From Psammoneis japonica (taxonomy: Eukaryota): DNA of 64,000 nucleotides. Below, piece by piece: positions 1-11,523 of the stretch (its first letter is position 1; each line of letters opens with the position of its first letter). Both the position numbers and the translations under genes were made by a program. A model generated the notes under the pieces. The model saw nothing but the letters and a program-made list of their open reading frames with translations. It was not told where the DNA came from and ran no database searches. Where the stretch lies: contig QPGO01000017.1 in NCBI GenBank assembly GCA_008632985.1, forward strand, positions 186,001-250,000, written 5' to 3'.

Positions 1-1200
1 TGCAAGGCATTGAGCATCAGTTGCATCATCTTTGCTTGCCCTGTTGCTCATGTCATCTTTCCCATTGTTGTTCCCCTCCTTCATGCCAGCCTTTGAGCTC
101 CCCTTTGGCAGCTCCATTTTGTTGTTGCTTGTGCACAGATCAACAAAATTGAGAGACAGTTCTGTTTCGTCATCACTTGCACACACACCAGCAATTTTTT
201 TGTCGTTGCTTGCACATGGATCAGCGCAACCACAAGGATTTTTTGGAACTTTGGGAACACATGCTGCAACATCATCATGCAAAGCCCGAGGAATCATGCG
301 CTCTGGTGCAGGATGTTTTTGCAGGGCTGCATGATGAAGCTTCAATTCAATGGCACCAGCCAGTTGAGGTCTCATCCTCTTGGCTTCCCCTTTGCAACAT
401 GGCAGTGTGTTTCTTCTGCCAATCATTGTCCTTGCCTTTGGGCAATGCTTCAATTGGAAATGGGTCAGAGAATGCTGTCAATTGCTTTCCACTGCAACTT
501 GTTGCATTGCCATGTTCCGCTTTTCTGCAAAATGCTTGTGAGCTTGTTGCACATGTTCCTCATCATCCAGACGGCGCAAAACTTCTTGTTCATGTGTGTT
601 GCCCTCTATTGGCACTGTCCTGTGTTCCTTGTCACTTGTGCATTGACCATCATCAGGCTGCTGCATTTCATTGAAGCTTGCGCACGGGCAGATCAACAAA
701 ATTGCGAGGATTTTTTGGAACTTCGGCAGCACATGCTGCAACGTGCTGCAGCAGCGTCGTCACACAAAACCAAAGGAATCATGTGCTCTGTGCAGGATGT
801 TTCTGCAGGGCTGTGCAATGAAGTTTCAATTCAATGGCCTGCCAAATGAGGTCATTCTCTTGGTTTTCTCTTTGCAACATGACAGCGTGTTTCTTCAGCC
901 GTTCATTGTTCTTGCCTTCAGGCAATGCTTCAATTGGCAATGGGTGGGAGAGAATGCTGTCGATTGCTCTCCACTGCAACTTGTTGCATTGCCACATTCC
1001 ACTTTTCTGCAAAATCCTTGTGAGCTTGTTGCATGCATCCCTTGTTGCCCAGATGATGCAAAACCTCTTGTTCACGTGTGTCATTCTCCACCGGCATGAC
1101 AAGCAGGAGATGGGATGAAGGTGCTGCAAGGAGCTGCACTTGCACTCGTGCATTGAGCAACACAGCAACAACAACAGCAAGCGTTGTTCGCGTTGGAGTT
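1..1200. repeat. TpA/CpG-depleted degenerate repeat domain containing two diverged tandem ~470-bp units (probably an element relic)
   Basis: Units ~218-606 and ~691-1090 align throughout (e.g. ggattttttggaact...cacatgctgcaac; ccactgcaacttgttgcattgcca; ttttctgcaaaat..ttgtgagcttgttgca). Only about one TA dinucleotide seen in 1.2 kb. Overlapping Tyr-poor, Cys/His/Gln-rich ORFs in all frames. Family not identified. Confidence 0.75.
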
Positions 1201-1543
1201 TCGAGTGTGAGTGATGGAAGATCAAGATGGAAGCGAGTTGTTTTGAATGAGACGTCGTTTCAAACGAACTTTACGACGTCATTGTGACGTTGACGAACCG
1301 GATCTTTTTTTCTTACCGCCCGGCCGGCTGAGAGCTCGCAGGCAACCAGTCACCCATTTCGCTCATCTCAAATCAATCTTCTTGGCCAGTGCCATTCCGC
1401 ACTCTGCCAATCAACCACATCAAGAATCACGAGCAGCAGCAGCGAACCGAAGTGTGTCTTTGAGATATAGCGTGCATCGTGTGATAGTCTGAGGTTTCAC
1501 CATATCTAAAGGAATCGAATCGTCCACTGAGAGTAGTTTCAGC

Positions 1544-3646
1544 ATGAAGAAGTTGGTTGTCGGTGTGTGGATTACAGGGGCTGTTGCCAGCGGTGTTGCT
1601 GCCTTCACCGTCCTTGGTGCTAGCACTAGGAATGCCTTGAGATTCTCGCAAAGACAACCGCACTCGTTCGCCGTAACAAGGAGGTATCTCGCGGATCGTG
1701 TACAAACAAACAAGGCGGAGGAGATCCTCTCGAGTCGCAGTGCCGGTCCAGAGCTGACACGTTCCCAGGTAGAAAAGCTTACGGTGCCTCAACTGAAACA
1801 GCAGCTTCGCTTGTGCGGACTTAAAGTTGGTGGACGAAAAGTAGAACTGATAGATCGACTCTTGGCATTTTATGGCGAGGTGCCAGAGGTTGAGAATTAT
1901 GTTGAAGTTGATCAGCAAAACGAGAATTATGTTGAAGTTGATGTAGTAGATCAGCAAAACGATGCGAGAGATAGTAAGGCTCGTCGTTTTGCCAAGGAGA
2001 GGGGTAAGGAGTTGATTGATGTTACTGCGTATCTTGACGAGGACGATAAAGGCAAGGAAGTGAAGTCTTCTGTTCCCAAGGACGAAGCATCAAAGGACGA
2101 GCAAGACACTGAATCGTCAGGGAGCTCGCCTGAAGTGTGGGGCAGTCAAGCCAAGATCGTTGATGACTACGAGGGACGCACAGTTGTGATCGACAATCTG
2201 TCTCGCACGGTTGTTGAATTCATCGGATCAAATCAAACAGCAGTAAAGGCATATGTGGTGGCGAGTCGGGATGCACTCAAGGCATTTCTGGCTGGAGGTG
2301 AGAAAGGAAAGAACCAAACAAGCACGGCCGAAGTGCGACTTCGCGAGATTCAAACAAGAAGAGAACAAGCGGCAAAGATTCCTGTTCGGTCCTTGGAAGA
2401 GGATGCCGGGGTTGACGAGGGCGATGAGACGGGTATTTACGCTAATGTCATTGAGCGAGACTTGAGTGACTGGGGAAAATTTACGCAGACGGGTGCCCAA
2501 CTATCAGCGGCTGAAGTTCAGGGAGTCCTGCTGCTCAGTGATGTCTATGGAGCGTTTACAGAAGATACACGCGCACTGGCTGAAAAAATTGCCTTTGAAT
2601 GTCAGCCAGTTGTTGTTATGGTGCCAGATATGTTTCGAGAAGACGCGTGGAATGAGGAGTCTACTACGCGGGGTCTGGATGCTAAAGGCAGAAGCTATGA
2701 GCAGTGGAGAGCCACGCATTCCGATTTGAGAGTCAATATTGACATTCGAGCTGCTGCTGCCTGTCTGCGAGGACGCTACGGGGTCAGCTCAGTGGTGGTT
2801 TGGGGAACATGCTACGGAGGTGGAAGAGCTCTTGAAGCAGCATCGAACTATTTTCCGGAAGGAAGCGTTCACGATGTGGACGGAAGAATTGGTCCTCCGC
2901 CCGTCAATCCAATGGCTGCGATTGCCTGGTACCCAACGAGGTATAACGCGGAGTTACTCTTTGGGGGGAAAGACAAGCGACACGATACCATTGCAGATGA
3001 TGGAAATCGTACAGTTGCCATAATGTCTGTTTTTGCCGGTAAGGACACATTAGCTGGCGCAACTCCCCAGGACGCTGCAAAGCTCAAGTCTTTGTTGGAG
3101 ATGGACGAACGCGTCAATGATCACATGGTAAAGATATTTTCAGATCAGGGACACGGATTTGGTCATATTGGATTGGGCGCAAAAGCTACTAATGACGATG
3201 ACGACTTCGGCAGATTCGTTGACGAAGAGTTTGGCGGATCCGGACGGGTGTCAACGGACGGCGGCGATGCGGAAGTGGCTTGTCTTCTCTCCACTGCTTG
3301 GATGGAAACGTACAGCCGAATCTTTCTTCCAACCACCGGGCCTGCAGTGAGTAGGGACGAGAATGAAGTGGAATGGTCAAAATTGGAGATGAAGGACATA
3401 AGCAATGGGAGAACAAGGAACATAAGACAGGAAATCGAAGACGCTCTGGATAATTTCGTGGAAGAACCGCTTTCTGGGAGATATGTTGACCAGACTGATG
3501 AAGCGCAAGTGGAAGAGCTGCAACGGATACTGAGTGGAATGCAAGAGTCCGATACGCTGGACGAGCTCAAAATAAGCCCAGATGATGACATCAACACCAT
3601 GTATGCAAAACTCAAAGCCTCCGACGAGAACTTTCAAATATTCTAA
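1544..3646 (+). CDS. SAP-domain + dienelactone hydrolase (carboxymethylenebutenolidase-like) protein, probably plastid-targeted
   Basis: 700-aa ORF. Hydrophobic N-terminus ending in VAAF (ASAF-like), SAP motif KLTVPQLKQQLRLCGLKVGGRKVELIDRL, DLH motifs LLSDVYG, VPDMF, nucleophile WGTCYGG, catalytic His region QGHGFGH. Confidence 0.85.
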   Translation: MKKLVVGVWITGAVASGVAAFTVLGASTRNALRFSQRQPHSFAVTRRYLADRVQTNKAEEILSSRSAGPELTRSQVEKLTVPQLKQQLRLCGLKVGGRKVELIDRLLAFYGEVPEVENYVEVDQQNENYVEVDVVDQQNDARDSKARRFAKERGKELIDVTAYLDEDDKGKEVKSSVPKDEASKDEQDTESSGSSPEVWGSQAKIVDDYEGRTVVIDNLSRTVVEFIGSNQTAVKAYVVASRDALKAFLAGGEKGKNQTSTAEVRLREIQTRREQAAKIPVRSLEEDAGVDEGDETGIYANVIERDLSDWGKFTQTGAQLSAAEVQGVLLLSDVYGAFTEDTRALAEKIAFECQPVVVMVPDMFREDAWNEESTTRGLDAKGRSYEQWRATHSDLRVNIDIRAAAACLRGRYGVSSVVVWGTCYGGGRALEAASNYFPEGSVHDVDGRIGPPPVNPMAAIAWYPTRYNAELLFGGKDKRHDTIADDGNRTVAIMSVFAGKDTLAGATPQDAAKLKSLLEMDERVNDHMVKIFSDQGHGFGHIGLGAKATNDDDDFGRFVDEEFGGSGRVSTDGGDAEVACLLSTAWMETYSRIFLPTTGPAVSRDENEVEWSKLEMKDISNGRTRNIRQEIEDALDNFVEEPLSGRYVDQTDEAQVEELQRILSGMQESDTLDELKISPDDDINTMYAKLKASDENFQIF

Positions 3647-3894
3647 GCTGTCTCCGGCCTTTTCAAGCGCTGCCACTATGTACATTTTAATTTTCAGAAG
3701 GATACTCCTTAAAGGTCGCGTCGTGCAAGCCTTTACCCTTGCAAATCAAAAGTGCAAAAAGCGCTGGTATGTAGTTTGTATCGGAAATGAAAACTATGAT
3801 ATACAGTTTTGGACTATTCTGAGGTTTGATGGAATTTTCAACAAAACACACTTCGGTATCCATTCGCTTCCTGGTCTGGAACAAGAGCTCTACT

Positions 3895-6800
3895 CTAGCC
3901 GCGATTACGAGTTGTCAAAACAACTGCCTTCGCATAGTTCAGCTGATTCATCACCTGCGCGGTGATATCATCACAACTTGACTTCCCAAGCTGTCGCACC
4001 AAAGAATCTTGATTCGTGATATCTGAACAAAGAAGACGTCGAAGAGCTACTCCCGAGAAATCTGAATCGGCGCTTGGTTTCTCCGTCGGCGAAAGCCCCG
4101 AGAGCTTTGTTAATAACTGGAACGCACCGCGCGCGGTAAGCATAGGCACAACAGACATCAGAAATCCAGCCCTTTCCCGAAGTCTTGTATCCGATAGGTG
4201 TTCCTCTTCTTTGGCAGTTACCGATTCATCTTGAACACTTCTCACAGACGCTAGTACCCGTTGTGCTATGGAAGCAGACAGTGCCGGCGGTGTCAGAATT
4301 TGGTACTGGATGAGAGTTTGCTGGCTACCTTGTTCTCGAACGATAGAATTCTGAAGAGTTGCGATATCGGCAGAAATTGGTGCAGTGATATCGACATCAG
4401 CGCAAATCAGAACGTCAATCGTAGCAAACCGTCTTGTCGCCGCCAAGTGAATCAGGTGCAGGACAGACTCCTTCGACGGTGTTGAGGCCCATTCTGATAA
4501 ACGGCAAACAAGAATAGCTTTCCTACCCGGCAGTTCAATGTCGACACCAGCAAAGTCGACCAGGGGTGAGTCAACGACGCTGATCTTCTGACCGGTCATG
4601 GAAGCTTCATGAAACGTATCGGCCTGAAAATTGGTTTCGATGCTATCCAGCAAGGAAGCCGTCCATTGCCCAGAAACCAATTCAGAAACTGTCTCTCCCC
4701 ATGTTTGTAGAAAAGACTCAGAGCACAAAACTCCCAGGGTCGACGACGAGGGCATTTGCTTGTCTCCGACAGCATCCGCTTCAAGAGACGGCGCTGGTCC
4801 GATCTCGGATTGTACGACAGTATTCATGGTCGAGTCATTGTACGACCCAACACCGGACAATGCGCTCTTCTCCGTTACTAGTTCTCGGGTATGCTGTGGA
4901 GGATTGATAGCCCCAACCCTTCGAGTTACAACAGGCGTCGGATCGATGTCGATCGACGGCTTGGCTAGTGCTGGTGGTCTGGTATGCGACAAAGAAACTT
5001 CTCCAATTCTCTGAGTTTGTTCCTTCGCTGGTCGCAACATCCCGTTACATCTAGTAACAAGAGGCGTTGGATCGATTTCTACGGCGGGTCTAGCAATCGT
5101 CAGCATTGGCTCGTCCTTGGAAGCTTTGACCGAGTCAGCAATCGCGGGAGCGACACCTGAGAGAACCTGAGGTAGACTGTGCGAAGTATCACCCGGTAGC
5201 GAATCAATGGACGACATCTTTTGCTTTTTCTGTGAGCTAGTGGTGGTATCTCGCTTGCGATTCCTTTTCCTCTTGCTCTTCTTTTTCTTCTTCTTGTCTC
5301 TTTTCTCCTTCTTTCTCCTCTTCCTGCTTCGCTTAGATTCCAGATCAACTCTGTTGATATCTTCTGACGCAATTCGCTTCGTTGAGTCTTCACAGAGGGT
5401 CTGACAGTGAGTGCTTCCTATCGCAGTGCGAGGCATGACGGCATCTGTCGGTGGGGCTTCAGCTGACTGCAAATCGGTCGGAGATATCCAGCTGCAGTCA
5501 TCAAAGTCACTGACACTGGAGTTTGAGACGAGGGTGGCCTGCGATTGAGACAAGTGTCTTGCCCTGTCGAGCAGGTGGAGAAGTTCTGACCGAACCGACA
5601 ACGACATCTTTCCAACATTTTCCATGGAGTCAAATAGTGCAGCGATATCGAATTCTTGGTGGTCCCACGCAATGCTCGTTCTCTGAATCATGCAAAGGTC
5701 GTCGAACAACGAGGAAAGCGGTTGCCTGGGACAACACTCGGTGCTTTTGTAGCATCCTTCTTCTTTTTGCATCATTGACATCAACACTTCATTCGTACGC
5801 ATCTGCTGGCACAATGAAAGAGTGAGCCTAACAAACGAATCGTGAAACGCTGGGAGTGGTAGGTCGCATTCTGCACGGATTGCTTCATCAGACGGGGTCG
5901 AGCGAATCATAAGCATGTACCGCTTTTCGAATAAGCGTGGATCTACAAGCACGTTCGAACTCAAAGTCACATAGAAGTTGTTCCCGGACCTCATGCTTCG
6001 AATGTCGATGCAACCTGTGAAAATAACCTGCTTTGCCTTAGCCATGATCGCCTTCTTCGATGCTAGGCGATTGAAGCTCTTCTTGATCGATTTAGAATCA
6101 CGCTCACTCGATCTGTAATCAATCGTTTGTTCGCTTTCACCGGAGGCAACATCATACCATGAAGCCATCGGGTAGCCGCCAACTCGAGCTGTAAGGCTTT
6201 CAATCTCGTCGGGTGATGGTTTCGAGGCGACAAAAGACCTAACGTCGTCGATCATAGACTGCGAAAGAGAAGGTGGCTGTGGCTGTTTCCTAGTTTCGCT
6301 CGGGTGCGTCTCTATACGACCGTGATCCGCTGACTCGTAGACATGCGCGATGAGCATGGGATATGAGCGGCTTCGAACCTTCATCTTACTCCTCAACATA
6401 TCCGACAGGGTTGAAGTTGAGACATTCCGCCGTAGCCTTCCAATAGCTCCTCGCAGCTCCGGTCCAAAGTTCTTGGTCTTGCCAACGAGATCAAACATTG
6501 TAGTAGTCTGCGGTACTTCATCGCTTGAAGGTACCTTGTCGTCCAGAAAGTTTATGCATGGATCGTGTATGCCCGCTTCCTTGTACAGAGGTAGAGTCTT
6601 AAACTCGATTGAGTCCGTGGCTTTGTTGGCGGCGGTAGGGCGAAGTAAGTTCCGATCGAATTTGACTGAAGTCATGCATGGGATAGACTTCATGTTCTTC
6701 AAGAAGGCATATATTCTGGAATTACCTTTTTCGAATGAGAAATGCTCGGACCAAACACGCTCATTCGATATTCGAAGAAATCTGTCTTGGTTGTACTTTC

Positions 6801-8088
6801 CTGCACCCCCAAGTCTCGAGGAGGATGAAACGACGGAAGTTCAGTATCAGGGAGGACTCTGCCGTTCCAGTACGCCAAAGAAGTTTCGGTAGGCATGATG
6901 CATCCATCACGTGCGAGAGCATACCGTGAGATGTCCGCTGCAACCGAAGACGTGTCATCAGCCTGCGGAGAAGAATCGAGAGAAACGACAAAGTTGTGAA
7001 TATTTTCAACCCTTGAAATTGGGTCGAAACGATAGCGTTTGTTGGACGAGAACTTACATTCAACAGTACTGAGTCTCTGCAAATCTTCTCTGTTGGCCGC
7101 AGGGTGTTTCCGCGTGGAGGAAGCGGTGACAAGTCCTTTTGAGTAAGTATTCTCCAAAGCGAGCTTTCGAACGAGCTGCATCTTGCCAACTTCTTTAGCG
7201 GGTCGCCTCGATCTAAACGTTTTCGAGCACATCTGATATTGGCGACCCTTGACGAAATGATCTTGAACCGAGCTGCGAGAAATAGTACATCTCGTTCCTG
7301 AATTGATTTTTGATCAAGAAAGTTTTCTTCGATCGAGAGAAGTGGCTCCGGTGAATGGCGCAAGAACACCGAAAGTTCCGTAATACAGTCTGTATTTTTT
7401 GTGACCGAGCTACCAGTGTCATTAGCGCTGTTCGAATTCGTTTTGCCATCATCGATGATCGGTGTCGTTCCATCCCGCGCAAGTATTTGCCTAGATTTTT
7501 TGTTCGAAACACCAGCTTTGAAATCCGTCACGAAATGGATATCATCTTCTCTCTTATCAATTTTCAACGATGACAGTTGACGCCGAAGAAGTCCGGCATC
7601 TCTACCTGCCGCTTCGATGTTGCGCCTCGTGCATGCCGCTGGTGGAATTGTTGGGCCGAATAATGCTGATATGTTGGTGGTATCACAGTCTCGCTGATCA
7701 CTAGATGGAGATCTAGCGCACGAAGGAGTCACCTTTAAAAATAAAAGAGATGATGCATCATGGCGTTAGTCTCGGAATTTGCCGGCACGATGTATCAATG
7801 AATCAACGAACGTCAATCCCCAAGACGGCGCCGGCACGAATGACACGAAGCGTCACAACGTTACTGTACCTTTCTTTGATCTTTTATATGGGCAGGGGAC
7901 ATGCTGGAGTCTTCCAAAGTCGAAGGAATTGGTGATTCTACGTTCTCGACACCTTCGATTTCGATACCGCTACGTTGAAGCACGTCTCGGCTCAAATATG
8001 GTGTCCGCACGCGGATGTGACTGCGCACCTCATTGAAGTAACTCTGTGCCTCGGTGTGGTAATCGATGCACTTCGAACGAAACTTCAT
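3895..8088 (-). CDS. SHOC1/Zip2(MZIP2)-like meiotic XPF-domain protein (one intron ~7733-7869; two apparent frameshifts near ~7100-7230 and ~6700)
   Basis: Start MKFRSKCIDYH resembles the N-terminal IDY motif of SHOC1 proteins. In-frame GT-AG intron joins exon 1 to ORF 6761-7732. C-terminus has an ERCC4/XPF-like segment (VDIELPGRKAILVC) followed by an HhH-like FLMSVVPMLTARGAFQLL. Lys-rich NLS-like run. Three overlapping ORFs must be joined. Confidence 0.55.
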
Positions 8089-8467
8089 CGTCGATCCATT
8101 CGCGTCGTCGTTGTTGTTGTTGCTCCAATCTATATTTGAATGTCCAATGACACAACATCGGAACATCGTATCGCGTCGCGGTGCTCTGGGCGGTGCGTGA
8201 TGTCTGAATGCTCCGGGCGGGTTCTTATCGTGCGAGACGCGCGCAAAACATCACCCGGAACTAATGACGATGCCGACGCACAAAAGACAGACGAGAGCGA
8301 AAAAATGTCCATCCATCCGCCCGTCGTCCATCCGGGCCACAGCCCACAGCAACATGAAACACAAAGGTGGCCATGAATAAGAAGGAATCATCTTGTGCGC
8401 TTTCTGCCCTCGATAGAAACGCATCAACACACATACCCGGTCAGCTTTGTCTCCAGTTGACGGCAAA

Positions 8468-10102
8468 ATGCGTTGTGAACGCGTTTTCCTCTTCTGTACC
8501 TTACTGTTGCCCGGCGGTTGGACTTTGATACCCAAGCTTCCTCCAATCCGAGCAAGCGGCCTTTCTCTCAAGGCGGCACCAATTCCAATCGAAGGATCTG
8601 GATGGCCAGATCGCTTCCCTGCCAAGAAGCACTGTTCGAGATGTGGACTTTGCGAGACGACTTTTGTGAGTCATGTCGACAGCGCCTGTGCATTTCTAAA
8701 TGAAGGTATGGGTCGGATTGACAAGTTAGAAGAGCAAGTTCACGGCCGGAGACGAGACACTTCAACAATGGTATGGACTGACCATAGCAACTCACCAACA
8801 AGCATCGCGGAGGAAGCCAGATTTGGCGTTTTACAAGAGCCCGTGCGGCTTGCCAAGGGTGCAGGCGTTCCAAATGCTCAGTGGACGGGAGTTGTGACTG
8901 GAATAGCAATATCAATGTTGGAGTCCGAATTGGTCGATGCAGTTGTGTGTATTGCCAACGGAGGCGGAGAAGCTGATCAATGGAGCAATCCAGAACCCAT
9001 AATTGCCAAATCCGTTCAAGACGTTCTTCGGGGTAGGGGAGTCAAACCAGCGTTAGCACCAAGCCTTAGAATTTTGGACGAGGTGCAACGGGATCCATCA
9101 ATTAAGAAACTGTTGTTCTGTGGGGTTGGATGCTCAGTTCAAGGTGAGGAAGCGCCGTCTATCAGTGCCTTCGAATATCTTGACTGTTCCCACTTTCAAT
9201 CCTCACTTGTTGTTTATGCCTTTCAAAAAAGCATTTCGTGCTATCGAACACGAGCTGGGCCTTGAGGAGGTATATGTGCTGGGAACCAACTGTGCGGATA
9301 ATAGTCCTACCCCGGAAGCTGCGCGAGATTTTATCAAGAACGGAGTCAAAGTAGACGACGCGAACATTAGAGGATATGAGTTCATGCAGGTAAGCTTCAT
9401 GTTAAGACGACGCAGAGGCATTCTATGGTCTTTCTTCTGCATTGTAACTCACCGTTCACGTCTGCACCCGACGCAGGATTTCCGAGTCCACGTCAAAACA
9501 GACGGGAAGTACATTACCAAACCGTACTTTTCTCTTCCGGGAAGCATTGCTGAGGCATCAATTGCACCTTCTTGTCTTGCGTGCTTTGACTACACAAATG
9601 CGTTAGCAGACGTTGTCGTCGGGTACATGGGCGCCCCGTTGGAGTCAAATGCACGCATGGATACCTCCTTTCAAACATTGACAATTCGGAACGAGTTTGG
9701 ATCGGCTATGGTACAGGCTGCCGTCAATGCAAATCGCCTCGAGATTGGGAACGTAGCGGAAGGTCAAGGATCACATGAAAAGACTGCATCCGCCACGGTA
9801 GCATCAGACAGCATAATCCTTGCCATGACTGGCGGACAAGTGAAAGAACAAGGAATGCCACCTTTGATCGGAGAAGCAGTGGCTTTCGTCATGCGGGAAT
9901 TGGCCCGAAATCTATTAGCTTTGCCAGATACAGTATCGACTACCATATTCTGAGAAATTACTTGCACGTCCTTGATGAATGGGGTGAGGAGAGGGCGCAG
10001 ATTGCTTTACCACAATATGCTCGAGACATCGTCGAGCGCTACTTGGCTTCTGATGACAAGACAATGGAGACTCTGCGAGAGAAAGTTGTTTCGAAGCGGT
10101 GA
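8468..10102 (+). CDS. Coenzyme F420 hydrogenase beta-subunit family reductase (HCAR / BciB-type), 2 introns, one apparent frameshift at ~9897
   Basis: PAKKHCSRCGLC Fe-S motif, AQWTGVVTGIA, GVKPALAP, LFCGVGCSVQA, LGTNCADN, EFMQDFRVHVK, SCLACFDYTNALADVVVGYMG. After a one-base shift reads GIGPKSISFARYSIDYHILRNYLHV. Introns 9144-9231 and ~9390-9476. Confidence 0.85.
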
Positions 10103-10226
10103 ATAATATTAGCGTTGTCATTCAACAATGAACTATAATGAGAATGTGTCTCCGATTAACATACCATACCTGCTTGACATGTGACGTCGACCAGAATCGA
10201 ATGGAGCTTTCCACCATCATGAGCTA

Positions 10227-11192
10227 TCAGTCTGACTCTGAACCAGAACCGTACCCCCCTAAGAGTCCACCAAGACCGTTTCCACCATTGTCTGCCTTGG
10301 TGGCGGTGGTGCCTTTGGTCTTCTTCTTAGGTGGAGGAGGTTTTTGCGTTTCTCGTTTCCGCTTCACTTTGATCAATGACGCAACAGGTTTGTTTGTTTT
10401 TGCTTTTGCTTTTGTCAAGAGCTCCTCCTGCTGACGCTTCAACATCTCTGATTTTTGCTTCCTTTGTCTCTCAACAATTTTCTCATCTTCTTCGTCCAGT
10501 CGCTTGATCACACCGCTCGAGCTTTTCTTCACCCCAAATTTAATCTCCTTAACCAACGCCTCCTCTTCTGCAGTCAGCCCATTGTCATTCAACTCGACGC
10601 CTTCCTCTTGTTTGTTCCCTTCTCGAGCCATCATCACTGCTTTCGCTTCATCATCGAATCCCCCTGAACCTTTCGTCTTGGACATCAGATGCACGTGCCT
10701 CATATTCATCGCTTTTATTTCTTCCAAGTTGTCCATCTCTTCCATTTCTCGCTGGCTGTCAAGCACACGGTTCTCCAAGGCTTTCATCGGGTCCTCTTTT
10801 TCCTCTTCTTCCTTGTCCAGCTCCGCTGCTTCGTTTGTCTTGGCCTGATCTTTGTACACTTCATAGTTCCGTGTTGCTCCGCTCTCCATCTCGTAATCTG
10901 CGTTCTTGGGATCTGTCAGAAATGTTACTGGTCGAGAACATGCTGTACACTTTATATAAAATCGATATCTTTGAATACCCAAGTACTTTCCTTCAGGACC
11001 AGCCACTGACTCCTTCTTGCTATTGAACTTCCGGCCGCGGTACATAAAGGTCGAGCACGTGGAGCACTGAATCGAGAACGGCAGCATCATACGAACAGTG
11101 ACGAGTCCATCCTTGGGTTTCTTGCCACGGGGCACTAACGACGGATCAAAATCCGGTGGCACATACTTGTTTAGCACCTTTCTCTCACCCAT
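10227..11192 (-). CDS. YJU2: Splicing factor YJU2 (CCDC94/CWC16)
   Basis: Diagnostic N-terminus MGERKVLNKYVPPDFDP, VRMMLPFSIQCSTC, KFNSKKE, YLGIQRYRFYIKC, TDPKNADYEMESGATRN, DPMKALENR. Confidence 0.95.
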   Translation of the reverse strand: MGERKVLNKYVPPDFDPSLVPRGKKPKDGLVTVRMMLPFSIQCSTCSTFMYRGRKFNSKKESVAGPEGKYLGIQRYRFYIKCTACSRPVTFLTDPKNADYEMESGATRNYEVYKDQAKTNEAAELDKEEEEKEDPMKALENRVLDSQREMEEMDNLEEIKAMNMRHVHLMSKTKGSGGFDDEAKAVMMAREGNKQEEGVELNDNGLTAEEEALVKEIKFGVKKSSSGVIKRLDEEDEKIVERQRKQKSEMLKRQQEELLTKAKAKTNKPVASLIKVKRKRETQKPPPPKKKTKGTTATKADNGGNGLGGLLGGYGSGSESD

Positions 11193-11523
11193 GCTTTACT
11201 CAACTGTTGAAGTCTTGTCAAGGGGTCGTGCTGGTGGTTGGTGTGGTGTGTTTGTGTTTTACCGGCATCAGTATGGCTGGTCGGTACTCCGCTCCGCCCG
11301 TTGTACAGTAGCAATGTGCGTCTGCCTGCTGTCGCACTGCTTGTTAGTACGGTATTCTCGCGACTGGGTGTGCGGCAACCCACCGATAGGGCCCTAACAA
11401 ACCATGAGTGTGGCCCTCTCTAATAATTCTCTAATATACTAGCTAATGAAGGGATAGCTACTTTAGCTAGAGTAGAAGCACCGCAGCAAGAGTGAGCGTC
11501 ACTACGTGACGGATTTTTACTTT

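Noticed and set aside
1252..1280. Small palindrome gacgtcgt...acgacgtc as an element terminus related to the MITE TIR
   Set aside because: Only ~10 bp match and no partner end or TSD visible in the window.
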